A DNA stretch of 32,000 nucleotides from Candidatus Annandia pinicola (GTDB lineage: Bacteria > Pseudomonadota > Gammaproteobacteria > Enterobacterales > Enterobacteriaceae_A). Shown in pieces: positions 1 through 9,600 of the stretch. The position numbers and the translations under genes were made by a program. The stretch lies in contig NZ_CP045876.1 in the NCBI RefSeq assembly GCF_020541245.1, positions 60,001 through 92,000 on the forward strand. Direction: 5' to 3'. The notes beneath the pieces are model-generated. The model was not told the origin of the DNA and did not search any database. It worked only from the letters and a program-made list of their open reading frames with translations. Each line of letters starts with the position of its first letter. Position 1 is the stretch's first letter.

Positions 1-1427
1 CTTTTATAACTATAAGATGTTCCAGCAATATCTAAATGAGCCCATATATATTTTTTTGTAAAATATGATAAAAAACAAGCAGCATAAATTGCTCCTCCTG
101 AATTATCATTAGCTACATTAACTATATCAGCAAAATTTGAATTTAATCTTTTTTTATATTCATTTTTAATTGGTAATAACCAAGTGTGGTCTCCAGAAAT
201 TTTTGCAGCATTTAATAATTCTTTTATTAAAATACTATTATTAGACATTAATCCATTAATTTCATCACCTAATGCAACAACACAGGCTCCTGTTAAAGTT
301 GCTATATCAATTACTATTTCAGGATTAAATCTTTTAATATAAGTAAATACATCACATAAAACTATTCTTCCTTCAGCATCGGTATTAATAATTTCTACAT
401 TTATACCAGACATACTTTCTATTATATCACCAGGACGATAAGAATTTCCTCCTGTCATATTTTCACAACAAGCTAATACCCCAATTACATTTAATGGTAA
501 ATTTAATTTTGCTATTATAATCATCAATCCATAAACAACTGATGCTCCACACATATCATATTTCATTTTATCCATCTTGTTAGAACCTTTAATAGATATT
601 CCACCTGAATCAAAAGTTAAACCTTTACCTATAAATATTATTGGCTTTTCATCATAATTTTTATGATTATTATACTTTATTATAGACATTAAAGATTCAT
701 TTTCTGATTCTCTACCTACGGCTAAATAAGCATTCATACCTAATTTTTTCATATCCTTTTCATTAATATCAAAAACTTTAATTTTTTTTGGAAAAATATC
801 TTGAAGTCTATAAGATCTCATAGATAAATAAGCAGAATTACATATATTAGAAGGTAAATTACCAATATCTTTAACTATTTTAATACCACTAGAAATTGCC
901 ATTGCTTGTTTTATTGCTATATTTACTAAGTTAATATCATATTTTTTATCTATATAAAAAATAATTTTATTTATATTAAAAAAATTTTTATTATTTTTTA
1001 ATTTATTAAAAATATACAATTTATCTTCTATTATTTCTATTGCTTTTCTTATTTTCCAATAAATATTTAAATTATAAACATTTAATTCTGTAAAAAAAAA
1101 ATTTATTTTTTTTATATTTGTATTTTTTATTATTTCAATACTATTGTTAACAATATTTAAATAATTATTAACATTAAAATATTTTTTTTTACCGCATCCT
1201 ATTATTAATAAATATTTATATTTAATATTTGGAACGTTATATAATAATAAAAATTCATTAATTTTTCCATATATTTCATTATAATTAATTGCAGATAAAA
1301 TATAATTATTACTCGTTATATTTAATTTATTACCAATAAAAGATAATTTTTTATTTTCAAATATAGATATTAATGCACATGTACTAGTTTCTTTATCCAA
1401 AATATCATGATTTAATGTAAATTGCAT
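1..1427 (-). CDS. pepA: Leucyl (cytosol) aminopeptidase PepA, M17 family. The C-terminus runs off the left edge of the window.
   Basis: Reverse-strand translation from the ATG (reverse complement of 1425-1427) reads MQFTLNHDILDKETSTCALISIFENKK... and stays open to position 3. It contains IGKGLTFDSGGISIK, MKYDMCGA, INTDAEGRIVLCD, ATLTGACVVALG and KYIWAHLDIAGT, which are collinear with E. coli PepA. About 28 C-terminal residues are missing. It is absent from the ORF track only because it is open-ended. Confidence 0.92.
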   Translation of the reverse strand, partial: MQFTLNHDILDKETSTCALISIFENKKLSFIGNKLNITSNNYILSAINYNEIYGKINEFLLLYNVPNIKYKYLLIIGCGKKKYFNVNNYLNIVNNSIEIIKNTNIKKINFFFTELNVYNLNIYWKIRKAIEIIEDKLYIFNKLKNNKNFFNINKIIFYIDKKYDINLVNIAIKQAMAISSGIKIVKDIGNLPSNICNSAYLSMRSYRLQDIFPKKIKVFDINEKDMKKLGMNAYLAVGRESENESLMSIIKYNNHKNYDEKPIIFIGKGLTFDSGGISIKGSNKMDKMKYDMCGASVVYGLMIIIAKLNLPLNVIGVLACCENMTGGNSYRPGDIIESMSGINVEIINTDAEGRIVLCDVFTYIKRFNPEIVIDIATLTGACVVALGDEINGLMSNNSILIKELLNAAKISGDHTWLLPIKNEYKKRLNSNFADIVNVANDNSGGAIYAACFLSYFTKKYIWAHLDIAGTSYSYK

Positions 1428-1512
1428 AAATATCCTTAAAATTTTAATATTAATTTTAAAATTATATATTATAAAATAATTTAAAAATATAAATTATTTT
1501 AAAGGAAATTAA

Positions 1513-2934
1513 ATGAAAATAATAACTAGATTTGCTCCAAGTCCGACTGGTTATCTTCATTTTGGTAATATGAGAACAGCTTTATATTCTTGGTTAATAG
1601 CTAAACATTATAATGGAAAATTTATTTTAAGAATAGAAGATACTGATATTAAAAGATCATCAAAAAAATATATAGATTATATTAAAAAAGATATGAAATG
1701 GTTAAAATTAAACTGGGACGAAGGACCATTTTTTCAAACAAATAGATTTAGATTATATAAAAAATATTTAAATTATATGATTAATAATAATATTGCATAT
1801 AAATGTTATTGTTCTAAAAAAAGATTATTAAAATTAAAAAAATATCAAATTAAAAATGGTATTAAACCTAAATACGATAATTATTGTTTAAAAAAAAAAA
1901 TTAAATATTCAAATAAATATTATGTTATACGTTTTAATAATCCAAAATATGGATATACTACTTTTAATGATCAAGTTTATGGTAATATTAAAATAAAAAA
2001 TTCTGAATTAGATGATTTTGTTATAGTAAGAAATAATGGAATACCAACGTATAATTTTTGCGTAGTTATAGATGATATAGAAATGAAAATAACTCATGTT
2101 GTAAGAGGTGATGATCATATTAATAATACACCAAAACAAATTAATATAATTAAATCATTAAATGCAATAATACCTTTATATATACATTTACCTTTAATTT
2201 TGAATATTGATGGTAAAAAATTATCTAAACGTAATGATGATAATAAAATTTTAAAATATAAAAAAAATGGTTTTTTACCAGAAGCAATATTAAATTTTTT
2301 ATTAAGACTTGGTTGGTCATATGGAAATAAAGAAATATTTAATATTAATGATATGATTAATTTATTTAATATTAAAAAAATTAATAAATCTCCTAGCACT
2401 TTAAATATAAAAAAAATTTTATCACTTAATAAATATTATATGAATAATTTACCTTTATCATATATTAGTAAATATTTAAGATATTTTCTTAAAAAAAATA
2501 AAATAAAAATGAAAAATAAAACTAATTTAAATATAATTATAAATAATTTTATAAAACATTTTAACAATATTAAAGAAATGTCATTATATTTTTATTATTT
2601 TTATAAAAATAATTTTAAATATAATTATAAATTATTTAAAAAATTTATCAATTATAAATTATATAAAACTTTAATAATATTATATAATGTTATTAATAAT
2701 ATTAAAAAATGGAACTATAAAAATATTAATTATTCAATAAAAAATATATCTTTTAAAAAAAAATTAAAAATAAAATATATATTTATATTACTAAGAATTT
2801 TTATTATGGGATTAAAAGAATGTTTTAGTATAGTTAAAATAATATATTATATTAAAAAAAAAATTTTTTTATTAAGAATAAAAAATGGAATAAAATTTAT
2901 TTTAAAAAATAAATTTTATTTTACAAAAAAATAA
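1513..2934 (+). CDS. gltX: Glutamyl-tRNA synthetase (class I)
   Basis: 473 aa, against about 471 aa in E. coli. Has PSPTGYLHFGN (HIGH-type motif), KLSKR (KMSKS motif), DDHINNTPKQ and the CYC...C zinc-knuckle region. An AAGGA Shine-Dalgarno lies 6 nt upstream of the ATG. The C-terminal third is heavily eroded to K/N/I/Y-rich sequence. Confidence 0.96.
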   Translation: MKIITRFAPSPTGYLHFGNMRTALYSWLIAKHYNGKFILRIEDTDIKRSSKKYIDYIKKDMKWLKLNWDEGPFFQTNRFRLYKKYLNYMINNNIAYKCYCSKKRLLKLKKYQIKNGIKPKYDNYCLKKKIKYSNKYYVIRFNNPKYGYTTFNDQVYGNIKIKNSELDDFVIVRNNGIPTYNFCVVIDDIEMKITHVVRGDDHINNTPKQINIIKSLNAIIPLYIHLPLILNIDGKKLSKRNDDNKILKYKKNGFLPEAILNFLLRLGWSYGNKEIFNINDMINLFNIKKINKSPSTLNIKKILSLNKYYMNNLPLSYISKYLRYFLKKNKIKMKNKTNLNIIINNFIKHFNNIKEMSLYFYYFYKNNFKYNYKLFKKFINYKLYKTLIILYNVINNIKKWNYKNINYSIKNISFKKKLKIKYIFILLRIFIMGLKECFSIVKIIYYIKKKIFLLRIKNGIKFILKNKFYFTKK

Positions 2935-2940
2935 AAGAAA

Positions 2941-2969
2941 TTGACTTTACAATAAAATTTGTTTATATT
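2941..2969 (+). promoter_or_regulatory. Candidate sigma70 promoter for the tRNA-Val/tRNA-Lys pair
   Basis: TTGACT (2941-2946), a 17-nt spacer, then TATATT (2964-2969), ending about 30 nt upstream of the mature tRNA-Val 5' end. TTGAC-containing -35 hexamers are rare in this A+T-saturated sequence. -10-like hexamers are common here, so the -10 alone proves nothing. Confidence 0.4.
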
Positions 2970-2998
2970 ATTTATCATAAGCTATTAATTTATTTTTA

Positions 2999-3071
2999 GG
3001 GTAATTAGCTCAATTGGTAGAGCGTCTCCTTTACACGGAGAGGGTTGGCGGTTCGAGTCCGTCATTACCCA
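2999..3071 (+). tRNA. tRNA-Val (anticodon UAC)
   Basis: 73-nt cloverleaf folded by hand. Acceptor GGGTAAT/ATTACCC, D arm GCTC-AATTGGTA-GAGC, anticodon arm TCTCC-TTTACAC-GGAGA (TAC at positions 34-36), 5-nt variable loop, T arm GGCGG-TTCGAGT-CCGTC, discriminator A. CCA is not encoded. It is a local G+C island. Confidence 0.93.
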
Positions 3072-3094
3072 ATTATAATTTAAAAATATTATGA

Positions 3095-3167
3095 GGGTCG
3101 TTAGCTCAGTTGGTAGAGCAGTTGACTTTTAATCAATTGGTCGCAGGTTCGAATCCTGCACGACCCA
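3095..3167 (+). tRNA. tRNA-Lys (anticodon UUU)
   Basis: 73-nt cloverleaf. Acceptor GGGTCGT/ACGACCC, D arm GCTC-AGTTGGTA-GAGC, anticodon arm GTTGA-CTTTTAA-TCAAT (TTT at positions 34-36), variable loop TGGTC, T arm GCAGG-TTCGAAT-CCTGC, discriminator A. It is followed by a T8 run. CCA is not encoded. Confidence 0.93.
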
Positions 3168-3283
3168 TTTTTTTTATAAAATAAATAAAAAAAAATTAAT
3201 AATCAATTTAATAAAAATGTATTTTTTTTATAATTTATAAATTTTTTTTATTACAAAAAAAATAAATTAAATTGAGGCATATG

Positions 3284-4243
3284 ATGTCAACAAATTTTTT
3301 AGTTGGAGATGTAGGTGGTACAAATATAAGACTTGCTTTATATAATAACAACAATGGAAAAATTTATAATATTAAATTTTTTTTAACTTCTAATTTTAAA
3401 AATTTAGAAAAAGTTATAAGTATTTATTTAAATAATAATAAAAATATAAAACATGGATGTATTGCAATTGCCTGTCCTATAATTAATGATTGGATTGAAA
3501 TGACAAATAATAATTGGGCTTTTTCAGTATTTAAGTTAAAAAAAAAACTTAATTTTAAAACTTTAAAAATAATTAATGATTTTATAGCTATTTCTATGTC
3601 AATACCTATTTTAAATGAAAAAAACTTAATACAATTTGGAGGTAAAAAATCTGTTAAAAACAAACCAATAGTAGTATATGGAGCAGGAACAGGTTTAGGT
3701 GTAGCTCATCTTATAAATGTAAATAATAAATGGATAAGTTTACCTGGAGAAGGAGGTCATGTAGATTTTGCTCCTAACAGTAAAGAGGAATTAATAATAT
3801 TAGATATATTAAGATCTGAAATTGGTCATGTTTCTATGGAAAGAATATTATCAGGAAAAGGATTAGTAAATTTATATCGTGCAATAACAAAAATGAATAA
3901 TAAAAAAGTAAAAAAGCTAAAACCTGAAGATATTTCTAAAAAAGCAATGTCTAATGAATGTATATATTGTAAAAAAGCATTAACATTATTTTGTATTATT
4001 ATGGGTCGTTTTGGTGGAAATTTAGCTCTTACCTTAGGTACATTTGGAGGAGTATATATTGCTGGAGGTATAGTTCCAAAATTTTTAAGTTTTTTTAAAT
4101 CTTCTAATTTTAGATTAGCTTTTGAAGATAAAGGAAGATTTAAAAATTATGTTAAAGATATACCAGTTTATATGATTACTTATAATCAACCAGGATTATT
4201 GGGGGCTGGTTTTTATTTAAATCAAATATTAAAAAAAACATAA
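3284..4243 (+). CDS. glk: Glucokinase
   Basis: [14 protein letters not shown] matches the E. coli Glk N-terminus ([15 protein letters not shown]). Also has [20 protein letters not shown] and [11 protein letters not shown]. The track ORF opens at TTG 3272, but GAGG at 3274-3277 is a Shine-Dalgarno with 6-nt spacing to ATG 3284. ATG 3281 and TTG 3272 are alternative starts. Confidence 0.9.
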   Translation: MSTNFLVGDVGGTNIRLALYNNNNGKIYNIKFFLTSNFKNLEKVISIYLNNNKNIKHGCIAIACPIINDWIEMTNNNWAFSVFKLKKKLNFKTLKIINDFIAISMSIPILNEKNLIQFGGKKSVKNKPIVVYGAGTGLGVAHLINVNNKWISLPGEGGHVDFAPNSKEELIILDILRSEIGHVSMERILSGKGLVNLYRAITKMNNKKVKKLKPEDISKKAMSNECIYCKKALTLFCIIMGRFGGNLALTLGTFGGVYIAGGIVPKFLSFFKSSNFRLAFEDKGRFKNYVKDIPVYMITYNQPGLLGAGFYLNQILKKT

Positions 4244-4312
4244 TTTTTTTTTAAATTGTAAAAAAAATATAATCATAAATAAAAAAAATATATATATAAA
4301 GGAAATAATTTT

Positions 4313-5227
4313 ATGAAAAATATTAATTTAAAAGAAGTTATACAAAGATTATCTACTGTTCAAGATATTTTAAGATGGGTTTTTAGTAAACTATCATCAT
4401 CAAATGTTTTTTTTGGTCATGGAATTGATAATGCATGGGAAGAATCATTACAATTAGTTTTATCTGTTGTTAATTTACCATTTGAATTTAGTAAAGAAAT
4501 GCAAAAAACTAAAATAACAAAAAATGAATGTTATCAAATATTAAAAGGAATTAATAAAAGAATAAAACAAAGAGTACCTATGCCTTATATTATTGGTAAA
4601 TCTTTATTTTATGGTTATGAATTTTATGTTGATCAAAATGTTTTAATTCCAAGATCTTCTATTGCAGAAACTATAATTAATAAATTTAATAAATATATAA
4701 ATAAAAAACCCAATTATATATTAGATCTTTGTACTGGAAGTGGTTGTTTAGCAATTATATGTTCTTATCTTTTTCCAAATTCTGTTATTGAAGCATCAGA
4801 TATTTCTAAAAAAGCTTTAAAAATAGCTAAAATTAATATATTAAAACATAAAAAAATTAATATAAAATTAATTAATTCTAACTTATTTAATAATTTATCA
4901 TTAAAAAGATATAATATTATTATAACTAATCCTCCTTATGTAGATAAGTCAGAATTTAAAAGATTACCAAATGAATATTATTATGAACCACCATTAGGGT
5001 TAGTAGCTAATGAAAATGGATTAGAATTTATAAATAAAATAATTTACTATTCTTATAAATATTTAACAGATGATGGTATTTTGATATGTGAAATAGGTAA
5101 TAATAAAAAAAAAATATTAGAATATTTTCCAGATTTACCATTTCAATGGGTAGAATTTAAAAATCCTCATTGTAATGTTTTTGTTTTAACAAAAAAACAA
5201 CTTATGATACCAGATATGTTTTTTTAA
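4313..5227 (+). CDS. prmB: Ribosomal protein L3 N5-glutamine methyltransferase (YfcB/PrmB type)
   Basis: 304 aa. Has FFGHGIDNAWEE (YfcB-type N-terminus), the SAM-binding DLCTGSGCLAI and the catalytic IITNPPYV (NPPY). It sits immediately upstream of aroC, as in E. coli. AAGGA Shine-Dalgarno present. Confidence 0.85.
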   Translation: MKNINLKEVIQRLSTVQDILRWVFSKLSSSNVFFGHGIDNAWEESLQLVLSVVNLPFEFSKEMQKTKITKNECYQILKGINKRIKQRVPMPYIIGKSLFYGYEFYVDQNVLIPRSSIAETIINKFNKYINKKPNYILDLCTGSGCLAIICSYLFPNSVIEASDISKKALKIAKINILKHKKINIKLINSNLFNNLSLKRYNIIITNPPYVDKSEFKRLPNEYYYEPPLGLVANENGLEFINKIIYYSYKYLTDDGILICEIGNNKKKILEYFPDLPFQWVEFKNPHCNVFVLTKKQLMIPDMFF

Positions 5228-5267
5228 ATAAAAAAATTAAAATTTAAAAAAATAAATAAAGGAAATT

Positions 5268-6335
5268 ATGGCTGGAAATACTATTGGAAAAATATTTCGT
5301 GTTACAACTTTTGGTGAATCACATGGAAAATCATTAGGTTGTATAGTTGATGGTGTACCACCTGGTTTAAAATTAAAAAAAAAAGATTTACAACATGATT
5401 TAAATAGAAGAAAACCAGGAACATCAAGATATACTACACAAAGAAGAGAAGAAGATAGTATAATTATTATGTCTGGTGTATTTAATAATTTTACTACTGG
5501 TACTAGTATAGGAATGTTAATTAATAATAATGATTGTAGATCTCAAGATTATAAAAACATAAAAAGTATTTTTCGTCCTGGACATGCAGATTATACTTAT
5601 GAAAAAAAATATGGTATTCGTGATTATAAAGGAGGTGGTAGATCTTCAGCTAGAGAAACTGCTATGAGAGTTGCTGCAGGAGCTATAGCAAAAAAATATT
5701 TATTTTTAAAATATAAAATTAAAATACGTGGTTATTTATCTCAAATTGCAAATATTAAATGTAATTTTGATAATTGGAATATTGTAGATAAAAATCCATT
5801 TTTTTGTCCTAATTTATTACAAATTAAAAATATAAAAAAATTAATAAATCAACTAAAAAAACAAGGAAATTCTATTGGGGCTAAAATTACTATTATTATA
5901 GAAAATACACCAATAGGTTTAGGAGAGCCAGTTTTTGATAGATTAGACGCTGATTTAGCTCATTCATTAATGAGCATTAATGCAGCAAAAGGTATAGAAA
6001 TAGGTGATGGATTTAAAGTAATAAATAAATTAGGAAGTCAACATAGAGATGAAATGAATAAAAAAGGTTTTATTACTAATCACTCAGGAGGAATATTAGG
6101 AGGAATTAGTACAGGTCAAAATATAAAAATCAATGTTGCATTTAAACCTACTTCAAGCATAAAAATACGTGGTAATACTATTAACAATAAAGGAAAAGAA
6201 GTTAAAATAATTACTAAAGGAAGACATGATCCTTGTGTAGGGATTAGAGCTGTACCTATTGCAGAAGCTATGGTTGCTATTACATTAATGGATCATATTT
6301 TAAGATATAGAGCACAATGTTTTGATATTTTATAA
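5268..6335 (+). CDS. aroC: Chorismate synthase
   Basis: 355 aa. Has [40 protein letters not shown] and GRHDPCV, collinear with E. coli AroC (about 361 aa). Confidence 0.96.
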   Translation: MAGNTIGKIFRVTTFGESHGKSLGCIVDGVPPGLKLKKKDLQHDLNRRKPGTSRYTTQRREEDSIIIMSGVFNNFTTGTSIGMLINNNDCRSQDYKNIKSIFRPGHADYTYEKKYGIRDYKGGGRSSARETAMRVAAGAIAKKYLFLKYKIKIRGYLSQIANIKCNFDNWNIVDKNPFFCPNLLQIKNIKKLINQLKKQGNSIGAKITIIIENTPIGLGEPVFDRLDADLAHSLMSINAAKGIEIGDGFKVINKLGSQHRDEMNKKGFITNHSGGILGGISTGQNIKINVAFKPTSSIKIRGNTINNKGKEVKIITKGRHDPCVGIRAVPIAEAMVAITLMDHILRYRAQCFDIL

Positions 6336-6467
6336 AAATTTATATTAAATATTATTAATAATATTAAAAATTTATTTAAAATAAATATTAAAAAAAAACA
6401 AAATTTTAATATTTAATTATTAAAATAAATAATATAAATAACAATATTTTTTTTATTTAATATAAAT

Positions 6468-7247
6468 ATGAAAATTGCACTTTGTATAGAATATAATGGT
6501 AGTAAATATTGTGGTTGGCAAAGTCAAAAAAAACAAAATAATATTCAAGATAAAGTACAATATGCTATATCAAAAATAGCTAATCAAAAAATTAAAATTT
6601 TTTGTGCAGGAAGAACTGATACTGGAGTACATAGTATTGGTCAAGTTATACATTTTGAAACAAATATAGAAAGAAAAAACAATGCTTGGACTATAGGGGT
6701 AAATAATTATTTACCTAATGATATTTCTATAAAATGGATGAAAAAAGTAAAAAATAGTTTTCATGCAAGATTTAGTGCATTATCAAGAAGATATTTTTAT
6801 GTAATTTATAATAATATTTGTAGACCATCAATTTTTTTTAAAAATGTAACACATATAAAAAATAGTCTTAATGTAGATAATATGTATAAAGCAGGTCAAT
6901 TATTATTAGGTGAAAATAATTTTAATTCATTTAGATCATCTAAATGTCAATCTAAAACACCTTGGAGAAATATTATACATTTTAATATTATAAAATACAA
7001 ACCACCTTATATAATATTTGATATAAAAGCAAATTCTTTTTTATATAAAATGGTTCGTAATATTATGGGAAGTATTATAGAAATTGGAAAAGGAAAACAT
7101 CCTATAAAATGGTTATCTTACGTTTTAAAATCTAAAGATAGAAAAATGGCAGCAGCAACAGCTAAAAATACAGGATTATATTTATCAGAAATAGAATATC
7201 CATATTATTTTAATTTACCTAAATTTAAAAATACATTTTTTTTATAA
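6468..7247 (+). CDS. truA: tRNA pseudouridine(38-40) synthase
   Basis: 259 aa. Has KIALCIEYNGSKYCGWQSQ, AGRTDTGVHS (catalytic Asp motif), FHARFSALSRRY and FLYKMVRNIMG. Confidence 0.94.
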   Translation: MKIALCIEYNGSKYCGWQSQKKQNNIQDKVQYAISKIANQKIKIFCAGRTDTGVHSIGQVIHFETNIERKNNAWTIGVNNYLPNDISIKWMKKVKNSFHARFSALSRRYFYVIYNNICRPSIFFKNVTHIKNSLNVDNMYKAGQLLLGENNFNSFRSSKCQSKTPWRNIIHFNIIKYKPPYIIFDIKANSFLYKMVRNIMGSIIEIGKGKHPIKWLSYVLKSKDRKMAAATAKNTGLYLSEIEYPYYFNLPKFKNTFFL

Positions 7248-7260
7248 TTTTTTATTTTAA

Positions 7261-7290
7261 ATTAATAATATTTATTATTAATATTTTTTT
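7261..7290. terminator. Weak all-A/T hairpin plus T-run between convergent truA and pta (speculative)
   Basis: ATTAATAATA (7261-7270) and TATTATTAAT (7273-7282) form a 10-bp perfect inverted repeat around a 2-nt centre, followed by ATATTTTTTT. The stem has no G-C pair, and palindromes like this are expected by chance at this base composition. Confidence 0.15.
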
Positions 7291-7297
7291 ATAATAT

Positions 7298-8284
7298 TTA
7301 TTGCATTGATGTTAATGCAATTGTATATAATATTTCTTCTAATGATGCTCCTCTAGATAAATCATTTACTGGTTTATTAATACCTTGTAAAATAGGTCCT
7401 ATAGAAACTATTTCAGAAGTCCTTTGTACTGCTTTGTAAGTAATATTACCTGAATTTAAATCAGGAAATATAAATATATTAGCACCACCAAATAAAACAG
7501 AATTTGGTTTTTTTTTACTTAATACTTCTGATGATACAGCAGCATCATATTGTAAAGGACCATCTATTATTAAATTTGGTTTTTTTTTTTTAACAATTTC
7601 AGTTGCATTAAAAACTTTTTCTATATCTATTCCTGAACCAGAATTACCAGTAGAATAAGAAAGCATAGCAATTTTAGGAATAATTTTAAATTTAATTGCA
7701 GTTTCAGCTGATTGTATAGCAATTTCAGCTAATTGATTTGCATTAGGATTTATATTAATAGCACAATCACTATACATAAAAACTTTATTTTTAAATAACA
7801 TAAAAAATAAAGAAGATATTAAAGAATATTTTTTTTTTATTTTAATTAGTTGTAGTGCTGGTCTTATAGTATCTGATGTAGTATTATCAATTCCAGCTAC
7901 TAAACCATCTGCTTCACTATATTTTAACATTAAAGTAGATAATATTATGTTTTTTTTTAAATCTTTTTTTGCTATTTCTTTAGTCATTCCCTTATGTTTT
8001 CTTAATTCTATATATTTATCAATATATTTATTACGAATTTTTTCTGGATTAATAATTTTAAAATTATTTTCATTAAATTCAATTTTATAATGTTTAATAA
8101 TATTATATATTTTATTTTTAGATCCTATTAAAGTACAATTTGCAATATTATATTTAGAACAAATAGATGCTGCAAGTATAATTTTAATATTATTACCTTC
8201 CGGTAATAATATGTTTTTATTGTTTTTATTAGATAATGATATAATTTTTTTTATAAAAATATTTATTGAATTTAAATTTTTCAT
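7298..8284 (-). CDS. pta: Phosphate acetyltransferase, short form (catalytic PTA_PTB domain only)
   Basis: 328 aa. ILLPEGNNIKIILAA..., GLVAG, LSYSTGNSGSG, IDGPLQYDAA, FIFPDLNSGNI and DLSRGAS align to the C-terminal half of E. coli Pta. It lies directly downstream of ackA, as in the enterobacterial ackA-pta operon. Confidence 0.92.
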   Translation of the reverse strand: MKNLNSINIFIKKIISLSNKNNKNILLPEGNNIKIILAASICSKYNIANCTLIGSKNKIYNIIKHYKIEFNENNFKIINPEKIRNKYIDKYIELRKHKGMTKEIAKKDLKKNIILSTLMLKYSEADGLVAGIDNTTSDTIRPALQLIKIKKKYSLISSLFFMLFKNKVFMYSDCAININPNANQLAEIAIQSAETAIKFKIIPKIAMLSYSTGNSGSGIDIEKVFNATEIVKKKKPNLIIDGPLQYDAAVSSEVLSKKKPNSVLFGGANIFIFPDLNSGNITYKAVQRTSEIVSIGPILQGINKPVNDLSRGASLEEILYTIALTSMQ

Positions 8285-8371
8285 TTTTTTTTAAATTTAT
8301 TTAAATATAATATTTATATTTTAAAAAAAATTATAAATATTATATTTAAATTTTAAAATTAAATTAATTGA

Positions 8372-9571
8372 TTAAACTAAATTTATCCCTTCTTTAGCAA
8401 TCATTAATTCTTCGTCTGTAGGTAACACCAATATTGGTAGTGTATTTTTTTTATTTATAAAACCAATTTTATTATTAATAATTTTATTGTTAAAATCATT
8501 ATCTATAGCAATATTTAACAATGAAAAATTTTTAATACTTAATTTTCTCATTAAAGCTGAATTTTGACCTATACCTCCTGTAAATACTATAGCATCTAAG
8601 TATTTATCAATTAATGTTATATAACCTCCAATATATTTAGATAAACGATGACAAAATATATCTAATGCTATTTTAGATTTTTTATTTTTATTATATTTAC
8701 TTTCAATATAACGAAAATCATTATTATTTTCTGTTAAACCTAATATACCAGATTGTTTATTTATTAAATTTTTTATATTTTTTATAGAAATACCTAAACA
8801 TTCATATAAAAAGAAAATTATATTAATATCAATATCCCCGCTTCTTGTACCCATTAATAATCCTTCTGATGGTGTTAAACCCATAGAAGTATCAATTATT
8901 TTACCATTATTAATAGCTGCAACAGAAGAACCATTTCCTAAATGACATGCTATAATTTTAAGTTTACTAATTTTTTTATTAAATATTTTTGAAGTTTTAT
9001 ATACAATATATTGATAACTAATCCCATGTGCTCCATATCTACGAATTCCATAATTTTTATATAATTTGTAAGGCAACCCATATAAATACGATTTTTTAGG
9101 CATAGTTCTATGAAAAGATGTATCAAATACAGCCACATTTTTTTTAGATAAATGAGGACAAATTTTCATAGATTCATAAATACCTAATAAATGAGAAGGA
9201 TTATGTAATGGAGCAAATAATATAGCTGATTTAATTGATTTAATAATTTTATTATCAATTAAAGAAGATTTAGTTGCTTCATAACCTCCATGTACAATTC
9301 TATGTGCAATAACTTTAATTTTATTAAATAAAATATTTTTTTTTAAAATATTATTAAAAATAAAATTTATTGTTTTTTTATATGAAATTTTTATTATATG
9401 TTTTATTTTTTTTTTATTATTCAAGTAATCATACCAATTAATACTAATTTTATTTGGTCCTAAATATTCTACATTACCATATAAATATCTTTTTTCTAAT
9501 AAAGGATTTATAATAACAAATTTTAAAGAAGAACTTCCACAATTTAATACTAATGATAATTTATCTGACAT
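8372..9571 (-). CDS. ackA: Acetate kinase
   Basis: 399 aa. Has LVLNCGSSSLKF, HRIVHGG, FDTSFH, ACHLGNGSS, MGTRSGDID and FTGGIGQNS. Confidence 0.96.
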   Translation of the reverse strand: MSDKLSLVLNCGSSSLKFVIINPLLEKRYLYGNVEYLGPNKISINWYDYLNNKKKIKHIIKISYKKTINFIFNNILKKNILFNKIKVIAHRIVHGGYEATKSSLIDNKIIKSIKSAILFAPLHNPSHLLGIYESMKICPHLSKKNVAVFDTSFHRTMPKKSYLYGLPYKLYKNYGIRRYGAHGISYQYIVYKTSKIFNKKISKLKIIACHLGNGSSVAAINNGKIIDTSMGLTPSEGLLMGTRSGDIDINIIFFLYECLGISIKNIKNLINKQSGILGLTENNNDFRYIESKYNKNKKSKIALDIFCHRLSKYIGGYITLIDKYLDAIVFTGGIGQNSALMRKLSIKNFSLLNIAIDNDFNNKIINNKIGFINKKNTLPILVLPTDEELMIAKEGINLV

Positions 9572-9600
9572 TAATATAACCTATATTTAATTTTTATAAT

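Noticed and set aside
2115-2399. 94-aa ORF antisense within gltX
   Set aside because: It lies entirely inside, and antisense to, the conserved catalytic core of gltX. It is a low-complexity L/I/F/K peptide with no Shine-Dalgarno. Long spurious antisense ORFs are expected because the reverse complements of the abundant AAA/AAT/ATT-type codons are not stop codons.
3424-3663. 79-aa ORF antisense within glk
   Set aside because: Same reasoning. It is fully nested antisense in a conserved gene, with no recognisable motifs or ribosome-binding site.
8303-8321. All-A/T hairpin AAATATAA-TAT-TTATATTT between ackA and pta
   Set aside because: It is an 8-bp stem with no G-C pair in pure A/T DNA. Such a hairpin is expected by chance and is too unstable to call a terminator or attenuator.
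8950-9138. 62-aa ORF within ackA (same strand, different frame)
   Set aside because: It is an out-of-frame ORF nested in well-conserved ackA and has no independent support.
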